A DNA stretch of 64,000 nucleotides from Eledone cirrhosa (taxonomy: Eukaryota): assembly GCA_964016885.1 (NCBI GenBank), contig OZ024745.1:4402001-4466000 (forward strand). Reading direction: 5' to 3'. The position numbers were made by a program, and so were the translations under genes. This document shows positions 36,246 to 50,100 of the stretch, in pieces; position 1 is the stretch's first letter; every line of letters begins with the position of its first letter. Below the pieces are notes generated by a model. That model was not told where the DNA came from and did no database searches. It saw only the letters and a list, made by a program, of their open reading frames with translations.

Positions 36246-36394
36246 TTGTTGGTGAGAAAGAGGTGCAGAACCAAACTACGAATGTGCGTACGCGAGACAA
36301 CAAAGTCCATGGTGAACACAGCATTGTTAATATCATTGAACGCTTTAAAGTCTTGAATGAAAGTAAAATACCTGATGCTGAAGAAAAATTCTAG
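36246..36394 (+). CDS. TARS: Threonyl-tRNA synthetase last coding exon ([49 protein letters not shown])
   Basis: tttcag| acceptor. VVGEKE..NVRTRDN motif and a typical AEExF C-terminus. TAG at 36392-36394. Confidence 0.96.
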
Positions 36395-36641
36395 ATCAGT
36401 ATGTGTTGTTTTCTTTACTGTTGAACATATCTAGAACATTCATCTTCACTGTTTAATGTCTATTGTCCATGTTTACATAGCTTATTTCTAATATAACGAT
36501 ATAACATGAAATGTAAAATTAGTTTTGATGTAATGGTAGCACCGTTATCCGGCATACAAGTTTAAATCACATATGGTCCTTTTTTAAATACAACCCTTGC
36601 TAGCTGAGAAAACATGTTCAGTGATGATTATTTAATTTAGG

Positions 36642-36708
36642 CATAGTGTATCTAGGACTACATTATCCAGTGACATAGTGTATCTAGGACTACATTATCC
36701 AGTGACAT
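36642..36708. repeat. Two-copy 32-bp tandem duplication (CATAGTGTATCTAGGACTACATTATCCAGTGA)
   Basis: Exact adjacent direct repeat. Confidence 0.9.
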
Positions 36709-37127
36709 AATGTTATTTGTTGAGGGAAGTTTGGGTGACAGAATCAATAGAATACTCAATCAAGTTTAGATTGTAGAAACCTCTCTGGTGCCTAGAATGT
36801 GAGACTGTACAAAACTGAGACACAGACACCTGGATTGTCTGGGAGATCAGTAGCTCTGCTTCAGTACTTGGTTTATGTAGACCCATCCAACCCTTGCAAG
36901 GAACATTAAAACTGATGATAACGATGATGATTGATAAGGGAAGTAACTCCCTAAAACTATATTTTAAACTAGTATCATTGAAAAATAACTTTGAACACTA
37001 GTGTTTTGTACTAATATAACATCTCTGTTTTACAGTATATATGTTAGTCTCTGCTTTTGTAGAAAACATATCTTTTATGTTTACTTGTATAAAATATATA
37101 ATAGATTTCTTTCTTTTGGTTTTCTAG

Positions 37128-37335
37128 ATTTGCCTTTTTACCTGCTTGTAACTGAAATGTTTTGGAACGGTCGTTTGGTACAAATCGTATTTACTTTACC
37201 AAAATTGACATACCTCTCTTAATACTGCTTCTTCATTAATTCTCTGTTGGTGCCATTCTCTATATGTTCACTTTCATTACATTTTAGTCTGTACAAGATT
37301 ATTTGGTCAATAAAATCTCTAAACTCTCAACAAAC
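37128..37335 (+). other. TARS: Putative non-coding terminal (3' UTR) exon of TARS
   Basis: Donor-like CA|GTATGT at 36399, 4 nt after the stop. Strong acceptor TTTCTTTCTTTTGGTTTTCTAG| ending at 37127. AATAAA at 37309. Confidence 0.55.
37309..37314 (+). terminator. Putative polyadenylation signal AATAAA
   Basis: Canonical hexamer ~180 nt into the putative UTR exon, with an upstream TGTA motif at ~37290. Confidence 0.55.
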
Positions 37336-37438
37336 TTCACTAATTTAAGATATTTCTTCTTTCTCAAACCATCACAAAAGACTTCAGTAATATAACCATA
37401 AATATTTGAAGAATTTGTAATTAATTTCCAAAACCAAC

Positions 37439-37975
37439 TTCACTCTCTCACTCACTCTCCTTTTTCACTCCCTCACTCTCACTCTCCTTTTTCACTCTCT
37501 CACTCCTCCCTCACTCTCACTCTCCTTTTTCACTCTCTCACTCCTCCCTCACTCTCACTCTCCTTTTTCACTCTCTCACTCCTCCCTCACACTCACTCTC
37601 TCACTCCTCCCTCACTCTCACTCTCTCACTCCTCCCTCACTCTCACTCTCCTTTTTCACTCTCTCACTCTCACTCCTCCCTCACTCTCTCCTTTTTCACT
37701 ATCTCACTCCTCCCTCACTCTCACTCTCCTTTTTCACTCTCTCACTCCTCCCTCACCCTCCTTTTTCACTCTCACTCCTCCCTCACTCTCACACTCCTCC
37801 CTCACTCTCACTTTTCACTCTCACTCTCCCTTTTCACTCTCTCACTCTCCTCTCACTCTCACTCTCCTTTTTCACTCTCACTCTCCCTCTCCCTTTTCAC
37901 TCTCACTCTCCCTCTCCCTTTTCACTCTCTCACTGCTCCCTCACTCTAACTCTCCTTTTTCACTTCACTCTCTCT
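37439..37975. repeat. CT-rich low-complexity repeat (CACTCTCACTCTCCTTTTT / CACTCCTCCCT modules)
   Basis: ~540 bp that is almost G-free, with irregular short tandem modules. Confidence 0.92.
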
Positions 37976-38192
37976 ATTTCAGCTTTTTTAAAGGCACTGT
38001 AGAACGTTGCTTGGTAACAAAGTATTGATGTAATAATAATAATAATAATAATATTGATAAGTAGAATTGCAGGGTTGTGTGAGTAAAACCTGATTAATGG
38101 TTCTTTGTGGCCTCAAACTGTAACACAAACATATTGGAGTCACAAAAACAAAGGTAAATTTTATTAATAATTAGTTATATTAATGTTGGTGG

Positions 38193-41100
38193 GTTAGTAG
38201 TATTGGTAAGGTGTCAGATCAATATTGGTAAGTTAGTAGTATTGGTAAGGTGTCAGATCAATATCAGTAAGTTAGTAGTATTGGTAGGGTGTCAGATCAG
38301 TATCGGTAAGTTAGTAGTATTGGTAGGGTGTCAGATCAGTATTGGTAAGTTAGTAGTATTGGTAAGGTGTCAGATCAGTATTGGTAAGTTAGTAGTATTG
38401 GTAGGGTGTCAGATCAGTATTGGTAAGGTGTCAGATCAGTATTGGTAAGTTAGTAGTATTGGTAGGGTGTCAGATCAGTATTGGTAAGTTAGTAGTATTG
38501 GTAGGGTGTCAGATCAGTATTGGTAAGGTGTCAGATCAGTATTGGTAAGTTAGTAGTATTGGTAGGGTGTCAGATCAGTATTGGTAAGTTAGTAGTATTT
38601 GTAGGGTGTCAGATCAGTATTGGTAAGTTAGTAGTATTGGTAGGGTGTCAGATCAGTATTGGTAAGTTAGTAGTATTGGTAGGGTGTCAGATCAATATCA
38701 GTAAGTTAGTAGTATTGGTAGGGTGTCAGATCAGTATTGGTAAGTTAGTAGTATTGGTAGGGTGTCAGATCAATATCAGTAAGTTAGTAGTATTGGTAGG
38801 GTGTCAGATCAGTATTGGTAAGTTAGTAGTATTGGTAGGGTGTCAGATCAGTATTGGTAAGTTAGTAGTATTGGTAGGGTGTCAGATCAATATCAGTAAG
38901 TTAGTAGTATTGGTAGGGTGTCAGATCAGTATTGGTAAGTTAGTAGTATTGGTAGGGTGTCAGATCAATATCAGTAAGTTAGTAGTATTGGTAGGGTGTC
39001 AGATCAGTATTGGTAAGTTAGTAGTATTGGTAGGGTGTCAGATCAGTATTGGTAAGTTAGTAGTATTGGTAGGGTGTCAGATCAGTATTGGTAAGTTAGT
39101 AGTATTGGTAGGGTGTCAGATCAGTATTGGTAAGTTAGTAGTATTGGTAGGGTGTCAGATCAGTATTGGTAAGTTAGTAGTATTGGTAGGGTGTCAGATC
39201 AGTATCGGTAAGTTAGTAGTATTGGTAGGGTGTCAGATCAATATCAGTAAGTTAGTAGTATTGGTAGGGTGTCAGATCAGTATTGGTAAGTTAGTAGTAT
39301 TGGTAGGGTGTCAGATCAGTATTGGTAAGTTAGTAGTATTGGTAGGGTGTCAGATCAATATTGGTAAGTTAGTAGTATTGGTAGGGTGTCAGATCAATAT
39401 CAGTAAGTTAGTAGTATTGGTAGGGTGTCAGATCAATATCAGTAAGTTAGTAGTATTGGTAGGGTGTCAGATCAGTATTGGTAAGTTAGTAGTATTGGTA
39501 GGGTGTCAGATCAGTATTGGTAAGTTAGTAGTATTGGTAGGGTGTCAGATCAGTATTGGTAAGTTAGTAGTATTGGTAGGGTGTCAGATCAATATCAGTA
39601 AGTTAGTAGTATTGGTAGGGTGTCAGATCAGTATTGGTAAGTTAGTAGTATTGGTAGGGTGTCAGATCAATATTGGTAAGTTAGTAGTATTGGTAGGGTG
39701 TCAGATCAATATCAGTAAGTTAGTAGTATTGGTAGGGTGTCAGATCAATATCAGTAAGTTAGTAGTATTGGTAGGGTGTCAGATCAGTATTGGTAAGTTA
39801 GTAGTATTGGTAGGGTGTCAGATCAGTATTGGTAAGTTAGTAGTATTGGTAGGGTGTCAGATCAGTATTGGTAAGTTAGTAGTATTGGTAGGGTGTCAGA
39901 TCAGTATTGGTAAGTTAGTAGTATTGGTAGGGTGTCAGATCAGTATTGGTAAGTTAGTAGTATTGGTAGGGTGTCAGATCAGTATCGGTAAGTTAGTAGT
40001 ATTGGTAGGGTGTCAGATCAATATCAGTAAGTTAGTAGTATTGGTAGGGTGTCAGATCAGTATTGGTAAGTTAGTAGTATTGGTAGGGTGTCAGATCAAT
40101 ATTGGTAAGTTAGTAGTATTGGTAGGGTGTCAGATCAATATCAGTAAGTTAGTAGTATTGGTAGGGTGTCAGATCAATATCAGTAAGTTAGTAGTATTGG
40201 TAGGGTGTCAGATCAGTATTGGTAAGTTAGTAGTATTGGTAGGGTGTCAGATCAGTATTGGTAAGTTAGTAGTATTGGTAGGGTGTCAGATCAGTATTGG
40301 TAAGTTAGTAGTATTGGTAGGGTGTCAGATCAGTATTGGTAAGTTAGTAGTATTGGTAGGGTGTCAGATCAGTATTGGTAAGTTAGTAGTATTGGTAGGG
40401 TGTCAGATCAGTATTGGTAAGTTAGTAGTATTGGTAGGGTGTCAGATCAGTATTGGTAAGGTGTCAGATCAGTATTGGTAAGTTAGTAGTATTGGTAGGG
40501 TGTCAGATCAATATCAGTAAGTTAGTAGTATTGGTAAGGTGTCAGATCAGTATTGGTAAGTTAGTAGTATTGGTAGGGTGTCAGATCAGTATTGGTAAGT
40601 TAGTAGTATTGGTAGGGTGTCAGATCAGTATTGGTAAGTTAGTAGTATTGGTAGGGTGTCAGATTAGTATTGGTAAGTTAGTAGTATTGGTAGGGTGTCA
40701 GATCAGTATTGGTAAGTTAGTAGTATTGGTAGGGTGTCAGATCAGTATTGGTAAGTTAGTAGTATTGGTAGGGTGTCAGATCAGTATTGGTAAGTTAGTA
40801 GTATTGGTAGGGTGTCAGATCAGTATTGGTAAGTTAGTAGTATTGGTAGGGTGTCAGATCAGTATTGGTAAGTTAGTAGTATTGGTAGGGTGTCAGATCA
40901 GTATTGGTAAGTTAGTAGTATTGGTAGGGTGTCAGATCAATATCAGTAAGTTAGTAGTATTGGTAGGGTGTCAGATCAGTATTGGTAAGTTAGTAGTATT
41001 GGTAGGGTGTCAGATCAGTATTGGTAAGTTAGTAGTATTGGTAGGGTGTCAGATCAATATCAGTAAGTTAGTAGTATTGGTAGGGTGTCAGATCAGTATT

Positions 41101-44100
41101 GGTAAGTTAGCAGTATTGGTAGGATGTCAGATCAGTATTAGTAAGTTAGTAGTATTGGTAGGGTGTCAGATCAGTATTGGTAAGTTAGTAGTATTGGTAG
41201 GGTGTCAGATCAATATCAGTAAGTTAGTAGTATTGGTAGGGTGTCAGATCAGTATTGGTAAGTTAGTAGTATTGGTAGGGTGTCAGATCAGTATTGGTAA
41301 GTTAGTAGTATTGGTAGGGTGTCAGATCAGTATTGGTAAGTTAGTAGTATTGGTAGGGTGTCAGATCAGTATTGGTAAGTTAGTAGTATTGGTAGGGTGT
41401 CAGATCAGTATTGGTAAGTTAGTAGTATTGGTAGGGTGTCAGATCAGTATTGGTAAGTTAGTAGTATTGGTAGGGTGTCAGATCAGTATTGGTAAGTTAG
41501 TAGTATTGGTAGGGTGTCAGATCAGTATTGGTAAGTTAGGAGTATTGGTAGGGTGTCAGATCAATATCAGTAAGTTAGTAGTATTGGTAGGGTGTCAGAT
41601 CAATATCAGTAAGTTAGTAGTATTGGTAGGGTGTCAGATCAGTATTGGTAAGTTAGTAGTATTAGTAGGGTGTCAGATCAATATCGGTAAGTTAGTAGTA
41701 TTGGTAGGGTGTCAGATCAGTATTGGTAATTTAGTAGTATTGGTAGGGTGTCAGATCAATATCAGTCAGTTAGTAGTATTGGTAGGGTGTCAGATCAGTA
41801 TTGGTAAGTTAGTAGTATTGGTAGGGTGTCAGATCAGTATTGGTAAGTTAGTAGTATTGGTAGGGTGTCAGATCAATATCGGTAAGTTAGTAGTATTGGT
41901 AGGGTGTCAGATCAGTATTGGTAAGTTAGTAGTATTGGTAGGGTGTCAGATCAATATCGGTAAGTTAGTAGTATTGGTAGGGTGTCAGATCAGTATTGGT
42001 AAGTTAGTAGTATTGGTAGGGTGTCAGATCAGTATTGGTAAGTTAGTAGTATTGGTAGGGTGTCAGATCAATATCAGTAAGTTAGTAGTATTGGTAGGGT
42101 GTCAGATCAATATCAGTAAGTTAGTAGTATTGGTAGGGTGTCAGATCAGTATTGGTAAGTTAGTAGTATTGGTAGGGTGTCAGATCAATATCAGTAAGTT
42201 AGTAGTATTGGGAGGGTGTCAGATCAGTATTGGTAAGTTAGTAGTATTGGTAGGGTGTCAGATCAGTATTGGTAAGTTAGTAGTATTGGTAGGGTGTCAG
42301 ATCAGTATTGGTAAGTTAGTAGTATTGGTAGGGTGTCAGATCAGTATTGGTAAGTTAGTAGTATTGGTAAGGTGTCAGATCAGTATTGGTAAGTTAGTAG
42401 TATTGGTAGGGTGTCAGATCAATATCAGTAAGTTAGTAGTATTGGTAGGGTGTCAGATCAATATCGGTAAGTTAGTAGTATTGGTAGGGTGTCAGATCAG
42501 TATTGGTAATTTAGTAGTATTGGTAGGGTGTCAGATCAATATCGGTAAGTTAGTAGTATTGGTAGGGTGTCAGATCAGTATTGGTAAGTTAGTAGTATTG
42601 GTAGGGTGTCAGATCAATATCGGTAAGTTAGTAGTATTGGTAGGGTGTCAGATCAGTATTGGTAAGTTAGTAGTATTGGTAGGGTGTCAGATCAATATCA
42701 GTAAGTTAGTAGTATTGGTAGGGTGTCAGATCAATATCGGTAAGTTAGTAGTATTGGTAGGGTGTCAGATCAGTATTGGTAATTTAGTAGTATTGGTAGG
42801 GTGTCAGATCAATATCGGTAAGTTAGTAGTATTGGTAGGGTGTCAGATCAGTATTGGTAAGTTAGTAGTATTGGTAGGGTGTCAGATCAATATCGGTAAG
42901 TTAGTAGTATTGGTAGGGTGTCAGATCAGTATTGGTAATTTAGTAGTATTGGTAGGGTGTCAGATCAATATCGGTAAGTTAGTAGTATTGGTAGGGTGTC
43001 AGATCAGTATTGGTAAGTTAGTAGTATTGGTAGGGTGTCAGATCAATATCAGTAAGTTAGTAGTATTGGTAGGGTGTCAGATCAATATCGGTAAGTTAGT
43101 AGTATTGGTAGGGTGTCAGATCAGTATTGGTAATTTAGTAGTATTGGTAGGGTGTCAGATCAATATCAGTAAGTTAGTAGTATTGGTAGGGTGGCAGATC
43201 AGTATTGGTAAGTTAGTAGTATTGGTAGGGTGTCAGATCAATATCGGTAAGTTAGTAGTATTGGTAGGGTGTCAGATCAGTATTGGTAAGTTAGTAGTAT
43301 TGGTAGGGTGTCAGATCAATATCGGTAAGTTAGTAGTATTGGTAGGGTGTCAGATCAGTATTGGTAAGTTAGTAGTATTGGTAGGGTGTCAGATCAATAT
43401 CAGTAAGTTAGTAGTATTGGTAGGGTGTCAGATCAGTATTGGTAAGTTAGTAGTATTGGTAGGGTGTCAGATCAATATTAGTAAGTTAGTAGTATTGGTA
43501 GGGTGTCAGATCAGTATTGGTAAGTTAGTAGTATTGGTAGGGTGTCAGATCAATATCAGTAAGTTAGTAGTATTGGTAGGGTGTCAGATCAGTATTGGTA
43601 AGTTAGTAGTATTGGTAGGGTGTCAGATCAGTATTGGTAAGTTAGTAGTATTGGTAGGGTGTCAGATTAGTATTGGTAAGTTAGTAGTATTGGTAGGGTG
43701 TCAGATCAGTATTGGTAAGTTAGTAGTATTTGTAGGGTGTCAGATCAGTATTGGTAAGTTAGTAGTATTGGTAGGGTGTCAGATCAGTATTGGTAAGTTA
43801 GTAGTATTGGTAGGGTGTCAGATCAGTATTGGTAAGTTAGTAGTATTGGTAGGGTGTCAGATCAGTATTGGTAAGTTAGTAGTATTGGTAGGGTGTCAGA
43901 TCAGTATTGGTAAGTTAGTAGTATTGGTAGGGTGTCAGATCAATATCAGTAAGTTAGTAGTATTGGTAGGGTGTTAGATCAATATCAGTAAGTTAGTAGT
44001 ATTGGTAGGGTGTCAGATCAGTATTGGTAAGTTAGTAGTATTGGTAGGGTGTCAGATCAGTATTGGTAAGTTAGTAGTATTGGTAGGGTGTCAGATCAGT

Positions 44101-47100
44101 ATTGGTAAGTTAGTAGTATTGGTAGGGTGTCAGATCAATATCAGTAAGTTAGTAGTATTGGTAGGGTGTCAGATCAGTATTGGTAAGTTAGTAGTATTGG
44201 TAGGGTGTCAGATCAATATTGGTAAGTTAGTAGTATTGGTAGGGTGTCAGATCAGTATTGGTAAGTTAGTAGTATTGGTAAGTTAGTAGTATTGGTAGGG
44301 TGTCAGATCAGTATTGGTAAGTTAGTAGTATTGGTAGGGTGTCAGATCAGTATTGGTAAGTTAGTAGTATTGGTAGGGTGTCAGATCAGTATCGGTAAGT
44401 TAGTAGTATTGGTAGGGTGTCAGATCAATATCCGTAAGTTAGTAGTATTGGTAAGGTGTCAGATCAGTATTGGTAAGTTAGTAGTATTGGTAGGGTGTCA
44501 GATCAGTATTGGTAAGTTAGTAGTATTGGTAGGGTGTCAGATCAATATCAGTAAGTTAGTAGTATTGGTAGGGTGTCAGATCAATATCAGTAAGTTAGTA
44601 GTATTGGTAGGGTGTCAGATCAGTATTGGTAAGTTAGCAGTATTGGTAGGGTGTCAGATCAGTATTAGTAAGTTAGTAGTATTGGTAGGGTGTCAGATCA
44701 GTATTGGTAAGTTAGTAGTATTGGTAGGGTGTCAGATCAGTATTGGTAAGTTAGTAGTATTGGTAGGGTGTCAGATCAGTATTGGTAAGTTAGTAGTATT
44801 GGTAGGGTGTCAGATCAGTATTGGTAGGGTGTCAGATCAGTATTGGTAAGTTAGCAGTATTGGTAGGGTGTCAGATCAGTATTAGTAAGTTAGTAGTATT
44901 GGTAGGGTGTCAGATCAGTATTGGTAAGTTAGTAGTATTGGTAGGGTGTCAGATCAGTATTGGTAAGTTAGTAGTATTGGTAGGGTGTCAGATCAATATC
45001 AGTAAGTTAGTAGTATTGGTAAGGTGTCAGATCAGTATTGGTAAGTTAGTAGTATTGGTAGGGTGTCAGATCAGTATTGGTAAGTTAGTAGTATTGGTAA
45101 GGTGTCAGATCAGTATTGGTAAGTTAGTAGTATTGGTAGGGTGTCAGATCAGTATTGGTAGGGTGTCAGATCAATATCAGTAAGTTAGTAGTATTGGTAA
45201 GGTGTCAGATCAGTATTGGTAAGTTAGTAGTATTGGTAGGGTGTCAGATCAGTATTGGTAAGTTAGTAGTATTGGTAGGGTGTCAGATCAGTATTGGTAA
45301 GTTAGTAGTATTGGTAGGGTGTCAGATCAGTATTGGTAAGTTAGTAGTATTGGTAGGGTGTCAGATCAGTATTGGTAAGTTAGTAGTATTGGTAAGGTGT
45401 CAGATCAGTATTGGTAAGTTAGTAGTATTGGTAGGGTGTCAGATCAATATCAGTAAGTTAGTAGTATTGGTAAGGTGTCAGATCAGTATTGGTAAGTTAG
45501 TAGTATTGGTAGGGTGTCAGATCAGTATTGGTAAGTTAGTAGTATTGGTAGGGTGTCAGATCAGTATTGGTAAGTTAGTAGTATTGGTAGGGTGTCAGAT
45601 CAATATCAGTAAGTTAGTAGTATTGGTAGGGTGTCAGATCAATATCCGTAAGTTAGTAGTATTGGTAGGGTGTCAGATCAGTATTGGTAAGTTAGTAGTA
45701 TTGGTAGGGTGTCAGATCAATATTGGTAAGTTAGTAGTATTGGTAGGGTGTCAGATCAATATCAGTAAGTTAGTAGTATTGGTAGGGTGTCAGATCAATA
45801 TCAGTAAGTTAGTAGTATTGGTAGGGTGTCAGATCAGTATTGGTAAGTTAGTAGTATTGGTAGGGTGTCAGATCAGTATTGGTAAGTTAGTAGTATTGGT
45901 AGGGTGTCAGATCAGTATTGGTAAGTTAGTAGTATTGGTAGGGTGTCAGATCAGTATTGGTAAGTTAGTAGTATTGGTAGGGTGTCAGATCAGTATTGGT
46001 AAGTTAGTAGTATTGGTAGGGTGTCAGATCAGTATTGGTAAGTTAGTAGTATTGGTAGGGTGTCAGATCAGTATTGGTAAGGTGTCAGATCAGTATTGGT
46101 AAGTTAGTAGTATTGGTAGGGTGTCAGATCAATATCAGTAAGTTAGTAGTATTGGTAAGGTGTCAGATCAGTATTGGTAAGTTAGTAGTATTGGTAGGGT
46201 GTCAGATCAGTATTGGTAAGTTAGTAGTATTGGTAGGGTGTCAGATCAGTATTGGTAAGTTAGTAGTATTGGTAGGGTGTCAGATTAGTATTGGTAAGTT
46301 AGTAATATTGGTAGGGTGTCAGATCAGTATTGGTAAGTTAGTAGTATTGGTAGGGTGTCAGATCACTATTGGTAAGTTAGTAGTATTTGTAGGGTATCAG
46401 ATCAGTATTGGTAAGTTAGTAGTATTGGTAGGGTGTCAGATCAGTATTGGTAAGTTAGTAGTATTGGTAGGGTGTCAGATCAGTATTGGTAAGTTAGTAG
46501 TATTGGTAGGGTGTCAGATCAATATCAGTAAGTTAGTAGTATTGGTAGGGTGTCAGATCAGTATTGGTAAGTTAGTAGTATTGGTAGGGTGTCAGATCAG
46601 TATTGGTAAGTTAGTAGTATTGGTAGGGTGTCAGATCAATATCAGTAAGTTAGTAGTATTGGTAGGGTGTCAGATCAGTATTGGTAAGTTAGCAGTATTG
46701 GTAGGATGTCAGATCAGTATTAGTAAGTTAGTAGTATTGGTAGGGTGTCAGATCAGTATTGGTAAGTTAGTAGTATTGGTAGGGTGTCAGATCAATATCA
46801 GTAAGTTAGTAGTATTGGTAGGGTGTCAGATCAGTATTGGTAAGTTAGTAGTATTGGTAGGGTGTCAGATCAGTATTGGTAAGTTAGTAGTATTGGTAGG
46901 GTGTCAGATCAGTATTGGTAAGTTAGTAGTATTGGTAGGGTGTCAGATCAGTATTGGTAAGTTAGTAGTATTGGTAGGGTGTCAGATCAGTATTGGTAAG
47001 TTAGTAGTATTGGTAGGGTGTCAGATCAGTATTGGTAAGTTAGTAGTATTGGTAGGGTGTCAGATCAGTATTGGTAAGTTAGTAGTATTGGTAGGGTGTC

Positions 47101-50100
47101 AGATCAGTATTGGTAAGTTAGTAGTATTGGTAGGGTGTCAGATCAATATCAGTAAGTTAGTAGTATTGGTAGGGTGTCAGATCAATATCAGTAAGTTAGT
47201 AGTATTGGTAGGGTGTCAGATCAGTATTGGTAAGTTAGTAGTATTAGTAGGGTGTCAGATCAATATCGGTAAGTTAGTAGTATTGGTAGGGTGTCAGATC
47301 AGTATTGGTAATTTAGTAGTATTGGTAGGGTGTCAGATCAATATCAGTCAGTTAGTAGTATTGGTAGGGTGTCAGATCAGTATTGGTAAGTTAGTAGTAT
47401 TGGTAGGGTGTCAGATCAGTATTGGTAAGTTAGTAGTATTGGTAGGGTGTCAGATCAATATCGGTAAGTTAGTAGTATTGGTAGGGTGTCAGATCAGTAT
47501 TGGTAAGTTAGTAGTATTGGTAGGGTGTCAGATCAATATCGGTAAGTTAGTAGTATTGGTAGGGTGTCAGATCAGTATTGGTAAGTTAGTAGTATTGGTA
47601 GGGTGTCAGATCAGTATTGGTAAGTTAGTAGTATTGGTAGGGTGTCAGATCAATATCAGTAAGTTAGTAGTATTGGTAGGGTGTCAGATCAATATCAGTA
47701 AGTTAGTAGTATTGGTAGGGTGTCAGATCAGTATTGGTAAGTTAGTAGTATTGGTAGGGTGTCAGATCAATATCAGTAAGTTAGTAGTATTGGGAGGGTG
47801 TCAGATCAGTATTGGTAAGTTAGTAGTATTGGTAGGGTGTCAGATCAGTATTGGTAAGTTAGTAGTATTGGTAGGGTGTCAGATCAGTATTGGTAAGTTA
47901 GTAGTATTGGTAGGGTGTCAGATCAGTATTGGTAAGTTAGTAGTATTGGTAAGGTGTCAGATCAGTATTGGTAAGTTAGTAGTATTGGTAGGGTGTCAGA
48001 TCAATATCAGTAAGTTAGTAGTATTGGTAGGGTGTCAGATCAGTATTGGTAAGTTAGTCGTATTGGTAGGGTGTCAGATCAGTATTGGTAAGTTAGTAGT
48101 ATTGGTAGGGTGTCAGATCAATATCAGTAAGTTAGTAGTATTGGTAGGGTGTCAGATCAGTATTGGTAAGTTAGTAGTATTAGTAGGGTGTCAGATCAAT
48201 ATCGGTAAGTTAGTAGTATTGGTAGGGTGTCAGATCAGTATTGGTAATTTAGTAGTATTGGTAGGGTGTCAGATCAATATCAGTAAGTTAGTAGTATTGG
48301 TAGGGTGTCAGATCAGTGTTGGTAAGTTGGTAGTATTGGTAGGGTGTCAGATCAGTATTGGTAAGTTAGTAGTATTAGTAGGGTGTCAGATCAATATCGG
48401 TAAGTTAGTAGTATTGGTAGGGTGTCAGATCAGTATTGGTAAGTTAGTAGTATTGGTAGGGTGTCAGATCAGTATTGGTAAGTTAGTAGTATTGGTAGGG
48501 TGTCAGATCAGTATTGGTAATTTAGTAGTATTGGTAGGGTGTCAGATCAATATCAGTAAGTTAGTAGTATTGGTAGGGTGTCAGATCAGTGTTGGTAAGT
48601 TGGTAGTATTGGTAGGGTGTCAGATCAATATCAGTAAGTTAGTAGTATTGGTAGGGTGGCAGATCAGTATTGGTAAGTTAGTAGTATTGGTAGGGTGTCA
48701 GATCAATATCGGTAAGTTAGTAGTATTGGTAGGGTGTCAGATCAGTATTGGTAAGTTAGTAGTATTGGTAGGGTGTCAGATCAATATCGGTAAGTTAGTA
48801 GTATTGGTAGGGTGTCAGATCAGTATTGGTAAGTTAGTAGTATTGGTAGGGTGTCAGATCAGTATTGGTAAGTTAGTAGTATTGGTAGGGTGTCAGATCA
48901 ATATTAGTAACTTAGTAGTATTGGTAGGGTGTCAGATCAGTATTGGTAAGTTAGTAGTATTGGTAGGGTGTCAGATCAATATCAGTAAGTTAGTAGTATT
49001 GGTAGGGTGTCAGATCAGTATTGGTAAGTTAGTAGTATTGGTAGGGTGTCAGATCAGTATTGGTAAGTTAGTAGTATTGGTAGGGTGTCAGATTAGTATT
49101 GGTAAGTTAGTAGTATTGGTAGGGTGTCAGATCAGTATTGGTAAGTTAGTAGTATTGGTAGGGTGTCAGATCAGTATTGGTAAGTTAGTAGTATTTGTAG
49201 GGTGTCAGATCAGTATTGGTAAGTTAGTAGTATTGGTAGGGTGTCAGATCAGTATTGGTAAGTTAGTAGTATTGGTAGGGTGTCAGATCAGTATTGGTAA
49301 GTTAGTAGTATTGGTAGGGTGTCAGATCAGTATTGGTAAGTTAGTAGTATTGGTAGGGTGTCAGATCAATATCAGTAAGTTAGTAGTATTGGTAGGGTGT
49401 TAGATCAATATCAGTAAGTTAGTAGTATTGGTAGGGTGTCAGATCAGTATTGGTAAGTTAGTAGTATTGGTAGGGTGTCAGATCAGTATTGGTAAGTTAG
49501 TAGTATTGGTAGGGTGTCAGATCAATATCAGTAAGTTAGTAGTATTGGTAGGGTGTCAGATCAGTATTGGTAAGTTAGTAGTATTGGTAGGGTGTCAGAT
49601 CAGTATTGGTAAGTTAGTAGTATTGGTAGGGTGTCAGATCAGTATTGGTAAGTTAGTAGTATTGGTAGGGTGTCAGATCAGTATTGGTAAGTTAGTAGTA
49701 TTGGTAAGTTAGTAGTATTGGTAGGGTGTCAGATCAGTATTGGTAAGTTAGTAGTATTGGTAGGGTGTCAGATCAGTATTGGTAAGTTAGTAGTATTGGT
49801 AGGGTGTCAGATCAGTATCGGTAAGTTAGTAGTATTGGTAGGGTGTCAGATCAATATCCGTAAGTTAGTAGTATTGGTAAGGTGTCAGATCAGTATTGGT
49901 AAGTTAGTAGTATTGGTAGGGTGTCAGATCAGTATTGGTAAGTTAGTAGTATTGGTAGGGTGTCAGATCAATATCAGTAAGTTAGTAGTATTGGTAGGGT
50001 GTCAGATCAATATCAGTAAGTTAGTAGTATTGGTAGGGTGTCAGATCAGTATTGGTAAGTTAGCAGTATTGGTAGGGTGTCAGATCAGTATTAGTAAGTT

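Noticed and set aside
36393-36402. AGATCAGTAT at the TARS stop matches part of the 39-bp satellite unit
   Set aside because: Only 10 bp, not extendable, and compatible with chance.
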